Assembly (NCBI GenBank): GCA_965116905.1
Contig: OZ220732.1
Span: 768,001-832,000 of the forward strand
From: Longimicrobiales bacterium
Lineage (GTDB): Bacteria; Gemmatimonadota; Gemmatimonadetes; Longimicrobiales; Gaopeijiaceae
DNA: 64,000 nucleotides
Direction: 5' to 3'
Shown piece after piece: positions 49,482 through 59,511 of this stretch. The translations under genes were made by a program, and so were the position numbers. How positions within the stretch are numbered: position 1 is the stretch's first letter; each line of letters starts with the position of its first letter. Under the pieces are notes generated by a model. That model had not been told where the DNA came from and ran no database searches. It worked only from the letters and a program-made list of their open reading frames with translations.

Positions 49482-50699
49482 ATGTCCAGCCCAGTCTTCG
49501 CAAGCTGTCTCGCCGCAGTCCTCGCACTGTCCGCCACCACCCACCAACCCCTCTCCCCCCAACAGCCCTCCACCGTCACCGACAGCGCCGGCGTCCTGAT
49601 CGTCGAGACCACCAGCCCGGCCTGGCCACCCGGCACCGGCTGGCGGCTCGCCACCGACCCCACCCTCACCATCGGCGACGAATCGGGCGACCTCAACTAC
49701 ATGTTCGAAGGCGTCTCGCAGGCGTTTCGCCTGGACGATGGGACGATCGTCGTCGTCGACCGTCTCGCCAGCCAGATCAGCCTGTTCGACCCTGCCGGCG
49801 TCTTCATCCGCGATCTCGGAGGCCGGGGCGAGGGTCCCGGCGAGTTCCAAATCCTGCACTACGTGTGGGCCAGGGGCGACACCGTTTGGGCTTCCGACGG
49901 CCTGCTGAGCCGGGTTTCCGTTTTCGACCGCAATGGAGACGTGCTGGAGACCATTCCGGTGGAGGTGGCGCCGGGCATGGGGTCTGCGACCGCTCACACA
50001 CAGTTCGCCGATGGCGCGATCCTCGTGTTGAATGCATCGTCCGGCGGTGTGCGCCTGGGCTCAGGAGACGTCATCGAAGGTGGTGTCTGGACGCTCAGCC
50101 GGTACTCCGTCGGCGGCCGGTTCATGAACGCGATCTCCGGCCTGCGCGGGTCCTCGCGGTGGGAGCATGGCATTCAGGGGCTGTCTCCCGGCGTGTATCT
50201 GCCGTTTTCCGTGGGCACGCCCGCCTACGTGGCCGGCGACGACTACATCTACGCCGGAAGGGGCGTCGAGCCGAGCATCGGACGATGGAGCAACGACGGG
50301 ACGCTGTCCCACCTGATCCGTTGGGCAGCTCCGGAGCGGCCGGTATCCGACCGGGAGAGGCGGCGGTTCCGCGAGGCCAGTTCCGAGGGACCCCGCTACG
50401 TCGAACCCACCGCCTGGGCCCGCTACCTGCGCGAGGTCCCGTTTCCCGATCGAATCCCCGTGTACAGGCGACTGCTTCTCGACACGGAGCAGCACGTGTG
50501 GGCGGAGCGCTACCGGGCCCCCTGGGAGGACACGCCCTCCTGGTACGTGTTCGACGAGCAGGGAGCATGGCTGGGCGAGGTCGCCACGCCGCCCGGTCTC
50601 CACGTCTTCGAGATCGGCAGCGACTACGTGCTGGGCCGCTACCGGGACGAATTTGACGTGCAGTCGGTCGTCATGATTCCGCTGGATCGGGGGGATTGA
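49482..50699 (+). CDS. Secreted 6-bladed beta-propeller protein
   Basis: Signal peptide; GGRGEGPGEF motif; paralogous to the divergent neighbour. Confidence 0.85.
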   Translation: MSSPVFASCLAAVLALSATTHQPLSPQQPSTVTDSAGVLIVETTSPAWPPGTGWRLATDPTLTIGDESGDLNYMFEGVSQAFRLDDGTIVVVDRLASQISLFDPAGVFIRDLGGRGEGPGEFQILHYVWARGDTVWASDGLLSRVSVFDRNGDVLETIPVEVAPGMGSATAHTQFADGAILVLNASSGGVRLGSGDVIEGGVWTLSRYSVGGRFMNAISGLRGSSRWEHGIQGLSPGVYLPFSVGTPAYVAGDDYIYAGRGVEPSIGRWSNDGTLSHLIRWAAPERPVSDRERRRFREASSEGPRYVEPTAWARYLREVPFPDRIPVYRRLLLDTEQHVWAERYRAPWEDTPSWYVFDEQGAWLGEVATPPGLHVFEIGSDYVLGRYRDEFDVQSVVMIPLDRGD

Positions 50700-51282
50700 C
50701 GCGCCGTCCGTCCAACCGCGCATTCACCCACCCCACCACCACACTCCCCGCAATCCCGATCATGGCCGCGACACTGTTCCTGACCACATCGAAGTTGTCG
50801 TACACCCGGTTCGGAATGAGCGCCTGGAGTCCCTCGTCGATCCAGCCCAGCGCCACGGTCGCCACCAGCGCGAGCACCGCCGGCGCCCGCACCCGGCGCC
50901 CATTCCGCGCCCGCTCGCTCAGCGCCTGGTAGATCAGCACGGCAACGATTCCGTACTCGAACAGGTGGGTGCGCTCCTCCATGGTGCCGCCCATCCTGAC
51001 CACCGCCATCGCGTAGACCGCCGTGACGCCCAGCGCCACCCACACCTCGCGCCCCCTGGGCCGCCGTTTCAGCCCGCTTCCCACGATCGCCGCCACCGTG
51101 GCCAGCATCAGGACGAGCACCGCGGCCGGCAGGAGGTCGTGTTCCCGCAGCAATTCGGCCAGCGATCCCGCCAGCCCCAGCGTGGAATAGATGGCGACCA
51201 CGACCGCCAGCGCGCAGAACCATAGGCGCCGTTCCCGCCGGGAGGTGAAGAGTTGGGTGTGACTGGTCATGGAGTTCGTCAT
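50671..51282 (-). CDS. VanZ-like membrane protein
   Basis: Multiple TMs; HLFEYG, DEGLQALIPNRVYD..DV..N. Confidence 0.75.
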   Translation of the reverse strand: MTNSMTSHTQLFTSRRERRLWFCALAVVVAIYSTLGLAGSLAELLREHDLLPAAVLVLMLATVAAIVGSGLKRRPRGREVWVALGVTAVYAMAVVRMGGTMEERTHLFEYGIVAVLIYQALSERARNGRRVRAPAVLALVATVALGWIDEGLQALIPNRVYDNFDVVRNSVAAMIGIAGSVVVGWVNARLDGRRVNPPDPAES

Positions 51283-51429
51283 GGGGTTCGGTCGGCGCGC
51301 TTCTCGGCGTTGCCTATGCTCTTGTCCGGGCCGTTATCATCGTTAAGACACGGTGATCAGTGTTTCATCAGTGAATCATCATTATTTCATCATTGTCTCA
51401 CGATACATGACTGAGAAGGAGTTGGTTCC

Positions 51430-52737
51430 ATGCGCAAGCGCATCCTCACGTTCGCTGCGGCGCTGATCGCCGTTCTCGCGATATCGGCGATATCGGCCTG
51501 CAAGGAAAGTCCGGTCGTGCCGCCGCCCCCACCTCCGCCGCCCCCGCCACCCCCGCCCATGCCGTTCCAGCCCGGGCCGCTGGGGGCCGTCACGGTGGCG
51601 CCGGGCGAGGCGGTACAGATCCGCACGCTGCTCTCGATCAGGGTAGCGCCCACGCTGGGGGCCGTGGCCAGGCGCGGGACCGAGTTCGCGGTCAACGACA
51701 TGGGCACCGTCAACGGGCGCCAGATCGAGCTGGGCAACCCCGTCGACACCAGCTGTTCGCCGGTCGGCGGCCGTGCGGGCGCGCTCGGAATCACCGGTGA
51801 TCCGAGGGTGGCCGGCATCATCGGCACGAACTGTTCGGCCGCCGCCGTTGCGGCGTCGCCCATCGTCAGCGAGGCGGGCATGGTCATGATTTCGCCAAGC
51901 AACACATCGCCTCGCCTGACCTCGGACCTGGCCGGCAACGCGAGCCCCGACTATCACCCCGGCTACCATCGCGTGGCGTCCAACGATCTTCACCAGGCTC
52001 GCGCTCTCTCGGACTTCGTCTACAACGAGCTGGGGCTGCGGACCGTGGGCACCGTTCACGACGGCGATCCGTACACCACCGCCCTGGTGGAGGCGTTCGC
52101 AAACGCGTTCGGGGCCCTCGGCGGCGAAGTGCCGGTTCAGGCCGCCATCGAGAAGGGCGCTACCGACATGACGGACGTTCTCGTGGAGTTCGCGGCCGCT
52201 GGCCCGGACGCCGTTTTCTTCCCGCTGTTCGTAAGCGAAGGGACGGCCTTTGCCGCCCAGGCGCGGGCCTTCGACGGGCTTGAAGGGACGACCCTGATTT
52301 CAGCCGCGGCGCTGCTGGTCTCCGATTTCCTGGGCACGCCGCAGTCGGAGGGAATGTACTTTGCCGGACCGGAGGCGGACTTCGTTGCGAACACGAACGA
52401 GGTGACGGGACGAAACGGCCAGCAGGTGCTGCAAGCGTTCGAGAACCGGTACGGCAGTGTCCCGGGGTCGCCCTACTGGGCGCACAGCTACGACGCGGCC
52501 ACAATCCTCCTCTCGGCCATCGGGTCGGTGGCCGTGGAGGTGGGCGACACGATGTACATCGACCGGGCACAGCTTCGCGACGCGGTCGGTGCGACCAACC
52601 TCAGTGGCCTGATCGGGAACGTTTCCTGCGATGCCTTCGGCGACTGCGGCACGGGGCGGATGAACATCTACCACCACCCGGACATCAGCGTCACGGACAT
52701 CGCCATGCTGCCGGTCGTCTACGTGTACAGTCCGTAG
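51430..52737 (+). CDS. Branched-chain amino acid ABC substrate-binding lipoprotein (LivJ/K-like)
   Basis: Lipobox ISAC, poly-Pro linker, GTNCS, MISPSNTSP.LT, YDA. Confidence 0.85.
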   Translation: MRKRILTFAAALIAVLAISAISACKESPVVPPPPPPPPPPPPPMPFQPGPLGAVTVAPGEAVQIRTLLSIRVAPTLGAVARRGTEFAVNDMGTVNGRQIELGNPVDTSCSPVGGRAGALGITGDPRVAGIIGTNCSAAAVAASPIVSEAGMVMISPSNTSPRLTSDLAGNASPDYHPGYHRVASNDLHQARALSDFVYNELGLRTVGTVHDGDPYTTALVEAFANAFGALGGEVPVQAAIEKGATDMTDVLVEFAAAGPDAVFFPLFVSEGTAFAAQARAFDGLEGTTLISAAALLVSDFLGTPQSEGMYFAGPEADFVANTNEVTGRNGQQVLQAFENRYGSVPGSPYWAHSYDAATILLSAIGSVAVEVGDTMYIDRAQLRDAVGATNLSGLIGNVSCDAFGDCGTGRMNIYHHPDISVTDIAMLPVVYVYSP

Positions 52738-52804
52738 AGGCAGGCGGGCGGCGGGAGGCGGCGGCCGGCGCGCGGCGGGCGGGAGGCGAGCGACAGCCCC
52801 CCCC

Positions 52805-53809
52805 TCAGGGCACCAGCACCGTACAGCCCTGCGTCTCCCTCGATTCCAGCGCGCGGTGCGCCTCGGCAGCCTCCGCAAGCCGAAACCGCTGCCCGACGGT
52901 GATCCGGATGCGGCCGGCCTCGATGTGTCCCAGCAGCTCTCCGGCCGCCTCTTCCAGGTCTTCGCGGCGCTCGATGTAGGGCTTGAGCGAGGGGCGCGCC
53001 ACGGTGATCCCCCTGGCGCTCAGCCGCAGGAGGTCGAGCGGCGGCACCGCGCCCGAGGCGTTGCCGAAGGTGATCATCATGCCGAACCGGCTCAGGCACT
53101 CCATCGAGCCGTCGAAGGTGGCCTTGCCAACGCCGTCGAAGACCACGGGGACCCCTTCGCCGCCCGTGATCCCGGCCACCCGCTCCACGAAGTCCTCTTC
53201 CTTGTACAGGATCACGTGGTCGCATCCGTGCGCGCGGGCCACGTCGCCCTTCTCCGCGCTCCCCACGGTGCCGATCACGGTGGCACCCAGCGCCTTGCAC
53301 CACTGGCTGAGGATCGTGCCCACCCCGCCCGCAGCCGCATGCACGAGCACGGTCTCGCCCGCACTCAGCCGATAGGTGCGGCGGCAGAGGTACCACGACG
53401 TCATCCCCTTCAGCATCGCCGCCGCGGCCGTCTCGGAGTCCACGCCGTCGGGGATCGGGACCAGCTGCCCCGTCGGCATCACCCGCCGCTCGCAGTAGGC
53501 GCCCAGCCCGAACCCGTACGCGACCCGGTCGCCGGGCTGGAAGGAAGGCGCCGCCCGGTCCGCCGGCTCTCCCCCGCCCGCCGGCCCCACCGCCTCCACC
53601 ACCCCCGCGGCCTCCATCCCGATCGCGGTCGGCAGCGACGGCACGGGATACAGCCCGCTGCGGTGATACGTGTCGATGAAGTTCAGTCCGATCGCTTCAT
53701 GCCGGACGAGCACCTCGCCCGGGCCGGGCTCGGACAGCGGGACTTCTTCCCGGCGCAGCACCTCGGGACCCCCGAGTTCGTGGATGCGGACGGCTTTTGT
53801 CGTGTTCAT
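52805..53809 (-). CDS. qor: NADPH:quinone oxidoreductase (zeta-crystallin family)
   Basis: GGPEVL, IGLNFID.YHRSGLY, HAAAGGVG, FGNASG. Confidence 0.95.
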   Translation of the reverse strand: MNTTKAVRIHELGGPEVLRREEVPLSEPGPGEVLVRHEAIGLNFIDTYHRSGLYPVPSLPTAIGMEAAGVVEAVGPAGGGEPADRAAPSFQPGDRVAYGFGLGAYCERRVMPTGQLVPIPDGVDSETAAAAMLKGMTSWYLCRRTYRLSAGETVLVHAAAGGVGTILSQWCKALGATVIGTVGSAEKGDVARAHGCDHVILYKEEDFVERVAGITGGEGVPVVFDGVGKATFDGSMECLSRFGMMITFGNASGAVPPLDLLRLSARGITVARPSLKPYIERREDLEEAAGELLGHIEAGRIRITVGQRFRLAEAAEAHRALESRETQGCTVLVP

Positions 53810-53866
53810 GGTCGCACTCGTGGCTCGTGGTCGTAAGCGGCCCGCCGGGCTAACCGCCCTGGGCGG

Positions 53867-54718
53867 TCAGTTCCGCATGCTGACCCTGGTGGTTCCGCTC
53901 ACGCTCATCGAGAGCGGAGGCATCCCCGCCGCCGACATCGTGCCCTCCATCTCGCGTTCGGCCTCCTGATACGCCGGCAGGCCGCGTTCCGCGTCCCAGA
54001 GAATGAAGCCCGCAGTGGAGCCCGCCATGCTCTGCGTCATCGCCATTCCGGCCACGCTTCCCTCCGCCTCGGCGGACACCTCGCCCGACATCGCGAAGTT
54101 CAGGAGCGACCGCCCGTCCACGAGCGTGTCTCCGACCAGCGTATAGGTCATGATCCCCGTCGACGTCGTCTCCATCGCGTCGATGTCGGCGGTCCACGTT
54201 ACCGTGTCCACCCACATCCCGCCCGGCTCCACCACGGCATCGGGGAGCGGTGGCAGCAGCTGGTACGCGAGGGCAGCGAACGGCGACAACTGCGCGGCGG
54301 CACCCGAAAGCTCGGGCAGCGAGGCGATTTCGACGTCGCCCCGGCGGCCGATCATGTAGTCCAGCGTCCCGCTCACGTCGTCCCCGTCGACCGACTGCGT
54401 GCCCGTCATCGGATCCTGGGAGGAAGCCGTGAAGTGTTCGACGCTTCCCATCACCCGCACCCCCTCCGCGGCGCGCTCGAAGGTCATCGCCAGCGTCAGG
54501 TCGGTGCCGGAGTTCACCATCATGTCGCCCATCGGCGTGCTGACGGCCACGGCCATCGTGTCGGTCATCTGGAAGGTCGCCGTCGGCGGCGTCGGCACGT
54601 CGTAGGCCAGCGGACGGGCGGGCGCGGGTCCACCGTACCCGGAACAGGCGGCAAGGGCTGCGGTGGCGGCGGTCGCGAGCGCGGTCGTGATGATCCTGGG
54701 TGCGTTGCTGCTGTTCAC
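53867..54718 (-). CDS. Hypothetical beta-rich lipoprotein
   Basis: Lipobox ALAAC; strong GC3 codon bias. Confidence 0.7.
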   Translation of the reverse strand: MNSSNAPRIITTALATAATAALAACSGYGGPAPARPLAYDVPTPPTATFQMTDTMAVAVSTPMGDMMVNSGTDLTLAMTFERAAEGVRVMGSVEHFTASSQDPMTGTQSVDGDDVSGTLDYMIGRRGDVEIASLPELSGAAAQLSPFAALAYQLLPPLPDAVVEPGGMWVDTVTWTADIDAMETTSTGIMTYTLVGDTLVDGRSLLNFAMSGEVSAEAEGSVAGMAMTQSMAGSTAGFILWDAERGLPAYQEAEREMEGTMSAAGMPPLSMSVSGTTRVSMRN

Positions 54719-54883
54719 GGTTCCCCTCAGTGTGTGTGTGCCCCGCCTTTCCGACCGCATCCGTTCGGTTCGCGGCCGTCGCTGGCGGGGCAAGAGCGAC
54801 CCTGACGCTACGTCAAGAGCTTAGCATCATCCGGATCGATCTGCCAAAGCGCAGCCGGAGCATATCACTAGCTTCATGGTAGC

Positions 54884-57154
54884 ATGGTCGCGATCACCAA
54901 CACGCGGGAGAGCCCGGGCATGATCTGTATGATCCAGAGGATCCGGTCATGCCTGAGGCACGGAATCGCGGCGCGACCTGGTACGGCCGTGGCGGCCGGG
55001 CTGATGATCGCCGTGTGGGTCTCCGCATGCGGGGACGGCGGCACCGAGCCTCCACCCGCACCCCTACCTCCCGACCCGCCCCGCGCCACGACGGTGACCG
55101 TGACGCCGGCGGCCGCCGAGCTGACGGCGCTGGGCGCCACGGTGCAGCTGACGGCCGAGGTTCGCGACCAGAACGGACAGGTGATGGCGGGGGCCACGGT
55201 CGCGTGGTCGAGCAGCGATGCGTCCGTCGCCGCGGTGGACGGATCGGGGCTGGTGACGGCCGTCTCCGAAGGCACGGCCACGATCTCCGCCACCGCGGGT
55301 AATGCCCAGGGAACTGCCCGAATCACCGTGGCCTACCCGAGCCCCGATCCGCCTTATCGGGGCACCGTCTTCCTGGACCCGGACATCATCCTTCCATCGG
55401 ACACCACGGATTTCGTGGGTCTCGAGCCGGCGGGCCGCGGCGAGCGGCTCGTCTACGACCGGCGCCCCGCGAGGTGGATCACGATCCAGGCCTACCTGTT
55501 CGACGCCACCTTTGCCAACGGGCCGACCACCGAATTCCAGGTCAACCCCGAGTTCGGCACCTGGACGGAGGCCGAGGCGGCAGCCCGCGAATACGCGCCC
55601 GCGATCGGCCGGATTCCGGCTGCACTTCGGGAGGACGTGGACGCCGTCTGGATACACCGGGGCGACGAGGCGTTCGGAGGCGGGAACCGCTCGCTGCTCG
55701 TACACACCGGTCGCGGCGAAGAATACCGGCAACAGGGCTTCCTCGCGGAGGCGCTTGTCCATGAGGGTGTTCATACGTCGCTCGATTCGACGCATGCGGA
55801 CGCCCCCGGGTGGCGGGCGGCGCAGGCAGCCGACCCCACGTTCATCTCGACCTATGCCCGGGATTACCCCGACCGCGAAGACCTGGCCGAGAGCTTCAGC
55901 GCCTGGCTGGCCGTCAGGCACCGCGGGGACCGCATCACCGAAGGAATGGCGGACACGATCACGGCGGCGATCCCCCACCGCCTCGCCTACTTCGACAGCC
56001 TGGACCTCGACCTCTGCCCCGTTGCCGGCGGAGCGGCGTGCGAGGTGCGGGCGACGTGGACGCTGTCAGGCACCGTCAGTCACGGATGGGCCGATCCCGA
56101 GTCCAGGCCCTCGGTGGCGAATCCCGGCGGCCGAGTCGCTGGTGCCGTTGTCGAGATCGTCGATGGCCCCGACGCCGGACGGCAGGCGACGACGGACGAT
56201 CACGGTCGCTACCTGCTGGAATCCCTGGAAGAGGCCCGGGTCACCGTTCGCGCAACTGCAGAGGGGTTCGCGCCGGTCGACCGAGCTCTGGTCCTGGCTT
56301 CGGACACGGCTCTTGCGTTTGCCATCTCCCGTGAGCTGCCGCCCCGGAGACCGCCGACCCCGTTCCCCGACACGGATCCCGAATGGCTCCGGACGCTGTC
56401 CTCCGACTATCCGCACGCGCATCACATGGGCAACGTTCGCGTGTTCTCCGACATCAGCTCGGCCTTCAGCGAGGAGCACGCGGAGCATCTGAGCCAGGTG
56501 TGGGACTTCTTCGATGCGCTCTATGCCGAAAACCGCGGCGACTACGTCGATGCCTACTACACATCGGATTCGACGGTCTTCAAGAAGGTCGTGCCGCACT
56601 GTCCGACGACCTTCATCGCTGGCGCCCGAAACTTGACGTCCTGCTATCTCGACTACCCGCGCTGGTTCATCATCCCCTACCAGATCCCGGACCTGGGCAC
56701 CCAGTTGCACGAGATAGGCCACGACTTCGCCTTCGCGACATGGCCCCAAGCGTGGGAAACCTCCAACTGGTTTGTCGAAGGGACGGCCATGTACTTCGAG
56801 GGCGGTGTGTTCACCGACGACGGCTCGCTCCGGGTCCCGGCGCCACTTCCGTATTGTACGGACCTGTTCCGGCGGCATGACCAGCAGGGCGGTCTCATGC
56901 CCCTCGAGCAGCTACTCCGCCTCAGCCGCGATGCCTTCCTTGAGGACAACCTGCGCACCTACTCGCAGTCGTGCATGCTGTTCGACTACCTGGAGCGCCA
57001 CGAGCCGGGCGTTCTGTACGCGCTCATCCACCGCATCAACGCCGGCCGGATTCCGTCCAACGACGACCTGATCGCCGCGCTCCTCGAACTGACCGGGACG
57101 TCCGTCAGCGAGCTCGAGGAGGCCTACGAGTCCTATTCGCGGATCGCCGGGTGA
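54884..57154 (+). CDS. Lipoprotein: Big_2 Ig domain, HExxH peptidase-like domain, carboxypeptidase-regulatory domain, second HExxH domain
   Basis: VSAC lipobox; WSSSDASVAAVD..G; HEGVH...EDLAES; HEIGH...WFVEGTA. Confidence 0.8.
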   Translation: MVAITNTRESPGMICMIQRIRSCLRHGIAARPGTAVAAGLMIAVWVSACGDGGTEPPPAPLPPDPPRATTVTVTPAAAELTALGATVQLTAEVRDQNGQVMAGATVAWSSSDASVAAVDGSGLVTAVSEGTATISATAGNAQGTARITVAYPSPDPPYRGTVFLDPDIILPSDTTDFVGLEPAGRGERLVYDRRPARWITIQAYLFDATFANGPTTEFQVNPEFGTWTEAEAAAREYAPAIGRIPAALREDVDAVWIHRGDEAFGGGNRSLLVHTGRGEEYRQQGFLAEALVHEGVHTSLDSTHADAPGWRAAQAADPTFISTYARDYPDREDLAESFSAWLAVRHRGDRITEGMADTITAAIPHRLAYFDSLDLDLCPVAGGAACEVRATWTLSGTVSHGWADPESRPSVANPGGRVAGAVVEIVDGPDAGRQATTDDHGRYLLESLEEARVTVRATAEGFAPVDRALVLASDTALAFAISRELPPRRPPTPFPDTDPEWLRTLSSDYPHAHHMGNVRVFSDISSAFSEEHAEHLSQVWDFFDALYAENRGDYVDAYYTSDSTVFKKVVPHCPTTFIAGARNLTSCYLDYPRWFIIPYQIPDLGTQLHEIGHDFAFATWPQAWETSNWFVEGTAMYFEGGVFTDDGSLRVPAPLPYCTDLFRRHDQQGGLMPLEQLLRLSRDAFLEDNLRTYSQSCMLFDYLERHEPGVLYALIHRINAGRIPSNDDLIAALLELTGTSVSELEEAYESYSRIAG

Positions 57155-57208
57155 GGTGACCTTCGGCACCCGGGCATGGGCTGGGTCCTGTGCATGGGCT
57201 GGGTCCAG

Positions 57209-57652
57209 CTAATCCGCTTCGAAATCCGACCCCTTGTGCGACCCGTCGCAGAAGGGCTTCGTCGACGACAGGCCGCAGCGGCAAAGCGCCCCCTTCGTCC
57301 CCTCCGACATCGCGCCGTCCGACCCCACCACGGTCAGCGGCCCGCGCACCAGCAGCGGCCCGTTCGTCGCGCACACGATGCGCACCGGCGCGCCCGCCGC
57401 CTCGGCGTCCGCGTCCGCCTTTTCTGCGTCCGCGTCGCGGCCCGGCACCAGGCGCCCTCCCTGGATCACACCCGGATCGTCGAACCCGACGATGTTGTGC
57501 GTTCCGTCGCAGAACGGCTTGTTGGACGAGTGGCCGCACCGGCACAGCGCGACATCGTCCGTGTCCGCCACGATCTTTCCGCCGACCTCGACCTCGATCC
57601 GCCCGGTCAGGCACAGGGGCCCGGCGGCGGGCACGTCGGCCACATTGCTCAT
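57209..57652 (-). CDS. Tandem CDGSH iron-sulfur domain protein
   Basis: Two LCRCG.S..KPFCDG[T/S]H motifs. Confidence 0.9.
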   Translation of the reverse strand: MSNVADVPAAGPLCLTGRIEVEVGGKIVADTDDVALCRCGHSSNKPFCDGTHNIVGFDDPGVIQGGRLVPGRDADAEKADADAEAAGAPVRIVCATNGPLLVRGPLTVVGSDGAMSEGTKGALCRCGLSSTKPFCDGSHKGSDFEAD

Positions 57653-57662
57653 CGTCGTCTCC

Positions 57663-59429
57663 TCACATTCTCCGGTATCGCGGGCCGCTGCCGCCTTCGC
57701 GGGGCGCCCATCTGGGCCCGAGCACGTCGGTCGCCTTGCAGTCCACGCAGTTGGGCGCGTTGACGCGCAACTCGTCGCCGTCGCGCTCGTACACGCCCGC
57801 GGGGCACAGGTGAACGTACATCTCGGCGACCTCCGGGGACACGTCCCCGCCCACCGTCAGGTGCGACGGAATGTCGTCGCGCGTCTGGTTCCCGCTCTTG
57901 AACACGGCGTCCACCTTGGACACCGCCAGGGGACCGGGCAGTGCCCCGGGCGCACCGGCGGCGGCCGCCCGCAGCCACTTCGGCTCGGCGGCGTCGGTCT
58001 CGGTCGCGATCCGGCCAGCCGGCAGGCGCCCGCCGGTCACCGTGGCCAGGCTCGCCTTCGCGCCGCCCAGGACGAATCCGCTCTTGAACGACAGGCGCAT
58101 GTTGCGGGTGCGCCTCAGATCGCGCGCGATGAATGACCGGTCCACCGCGGCTGTGTAGCCGGCCAGCCCGCCCTCGGAGGTGTCGCCGGCCTTGAGCGCC
58201 TCGTAGATCGTGCGCGCGGCCAGGATGCCCGACTGCATCGCGTAGTGGATCCCCTTCAGCGACGCGACCTCCACGTACCCGGCCGCGTCGCCCACAATGC
58301 AGATGCCGCTCCCGTGCCGACGCTCGGGCAGCGAGTGATAGCCGCCTTCGGGGATCGTCTTCGCGCCCCATTCGACCATTTCGCCGCCCTCCAGGATGCC
58401 GCGGAAGAGGGGGTGGTGCTTCAGGCGCTGCAACAGCCCGTGCACGTCCAGCCGCGCGTTGCCGTAGTCCAGGCTGACGACCAGGCCGAGCGCGACCAGG
58501 TCGTCCGCAAGCGGATAGGCAAAGGTGCCGCCGAACCCGGCGCCGTCCGCGCCCCGTCCCACGCCCCGTCCCACGAGCGGTCCCCCGAGCGGCCCCCCGA
58601 CGAGCGGCCATCCCATGGTGTGGATGATCCGGTCGAGCGGTTTGGAGACCTCCCACAGCTCCTTGACGCCGAGGGAGTAGATCTGCGGATTCGCCGAACC
58701 CACCCCCTGCCAGTCCAGGTACGCCTGCGAGAGCGTGCCGCGAGTCCCCTCGGAGAGCACGGTGACCCGCGCGGTCACGTCGACCGGCGGCATGTAGCCC
58801 GCGCCGCCCGGCTGACCGTCGCGGTCCAGGCCGCGCGCCGCCGTCCGCACCCCGATCACGCCGTCGCCGTCGACGAGCAGGGCGTCGGCGGGGAACCCGG
58901 GCAGGATCATCACCCCGGCCTCTTCGGCGCGCTCGCCGAGCCAGCGCACGACCTCGCAGATGGACGCGATGTGATTCCCGTGGTTGCGCATCGTGGGCGG
59001 CGCCGGGATGCGCAGGTGGCTTTTCTCCGTGAGGAAATAGACGGCCTCGCGCGAGACGGGCCGCCGGAAGGGGAAGTCGGTATCGCTCATGCCGGGAAAG
59101 AGTTCCCTGAACGACCCCGGGTTGATCACGGCGCCGGACAGATTGTGGTCGCCCAGTCCCTCCGCCTTCTCCAAGACCCCGATTTCGAGGTCACCGGGGC
59201 CGTCTCCCGCTTCGTTGCCTTCCCGCACCAGCCGTGCCAGCTCGATCGCCCCTGCCAGCCCGGCGGGCCCCCCGCCGACGAACACCACGTCCAGCGGCAC
59301 TGCCTCGTCGTCCGGCGGCTCGCTGACGATAAAGCGCTCGCGGCGGAGGGCCGGCTGGTGGCGGTCGGGGTGGATGGTCGTGCGGGCTTCGGAAGACCGG
59401 GCTTCGGAGGACATGGCTGTGTGGGTCAC
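57663..59429 (-). CDS. Electron transfer flavoprotein-ubiquinone oxidoreductase
   Basis: VGGGPAGL, LSGA, GVKELW, KGIHYAM.SG, CPAGVYE...NCVDCK. Confidence 0.9.
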   Translation of the reverse strand: MTHTAMSSEARSSEARTTIHPDRHQPALRRERFIVSEPPDDEAVPLDVVFVGGGPAGLAGAIELARLVREGNEAGDGPGDLEIGVLEKAEGLGDHNLSGAVINPGSFRELFPGMSDTDFPFRRPVSREAVYFLTEKSHLRIPAPPTMRNHGNHIASICEVVRWLGERAEEAGVMILPGFPADALLVDGDGVIGVRTAARGLDRDGQPGGAGYMPPVDVTARVTVLSEGTRGTLSQAYLDWQGVGSANPQIYSLGVKELWEVSKPLDRIIHTMGWPLVGGPLGGPLVGRGVGRGADGAGFGGTFAYPLADDLVALGLVVSLDYGNARLDVHGLLQRLKHHPLFRGILEGGEMVEWGAKTIPEGGYHSLPERRHGSGICIVGDAAGYVEVASLKGIHYAMQSGILAARTIYEALKAGDTSEGGLAGYTAAVDRSFIARDLRRTRNMRLSFKSGFVLGGAKASLATVTGGRLPAGRIATETDAAEPKWLRAAAAGAPGALPGPLAVSKVDAVFKSGNQTRDDIPSHLTVGGDVSPEVAEMYVHLCPAGVYERDGDELRVNAPNCVDCKATDVLGPRWAPREGGSGPRYRRM

Positions 59430-59511
59430 CGGGGGCGGCGAATCGGACGCATGACGAATGGGACGAAGGGGACAAATGGAAACCTAACGCCGGAGCGGAT
59501 AAGTTTCCCCG

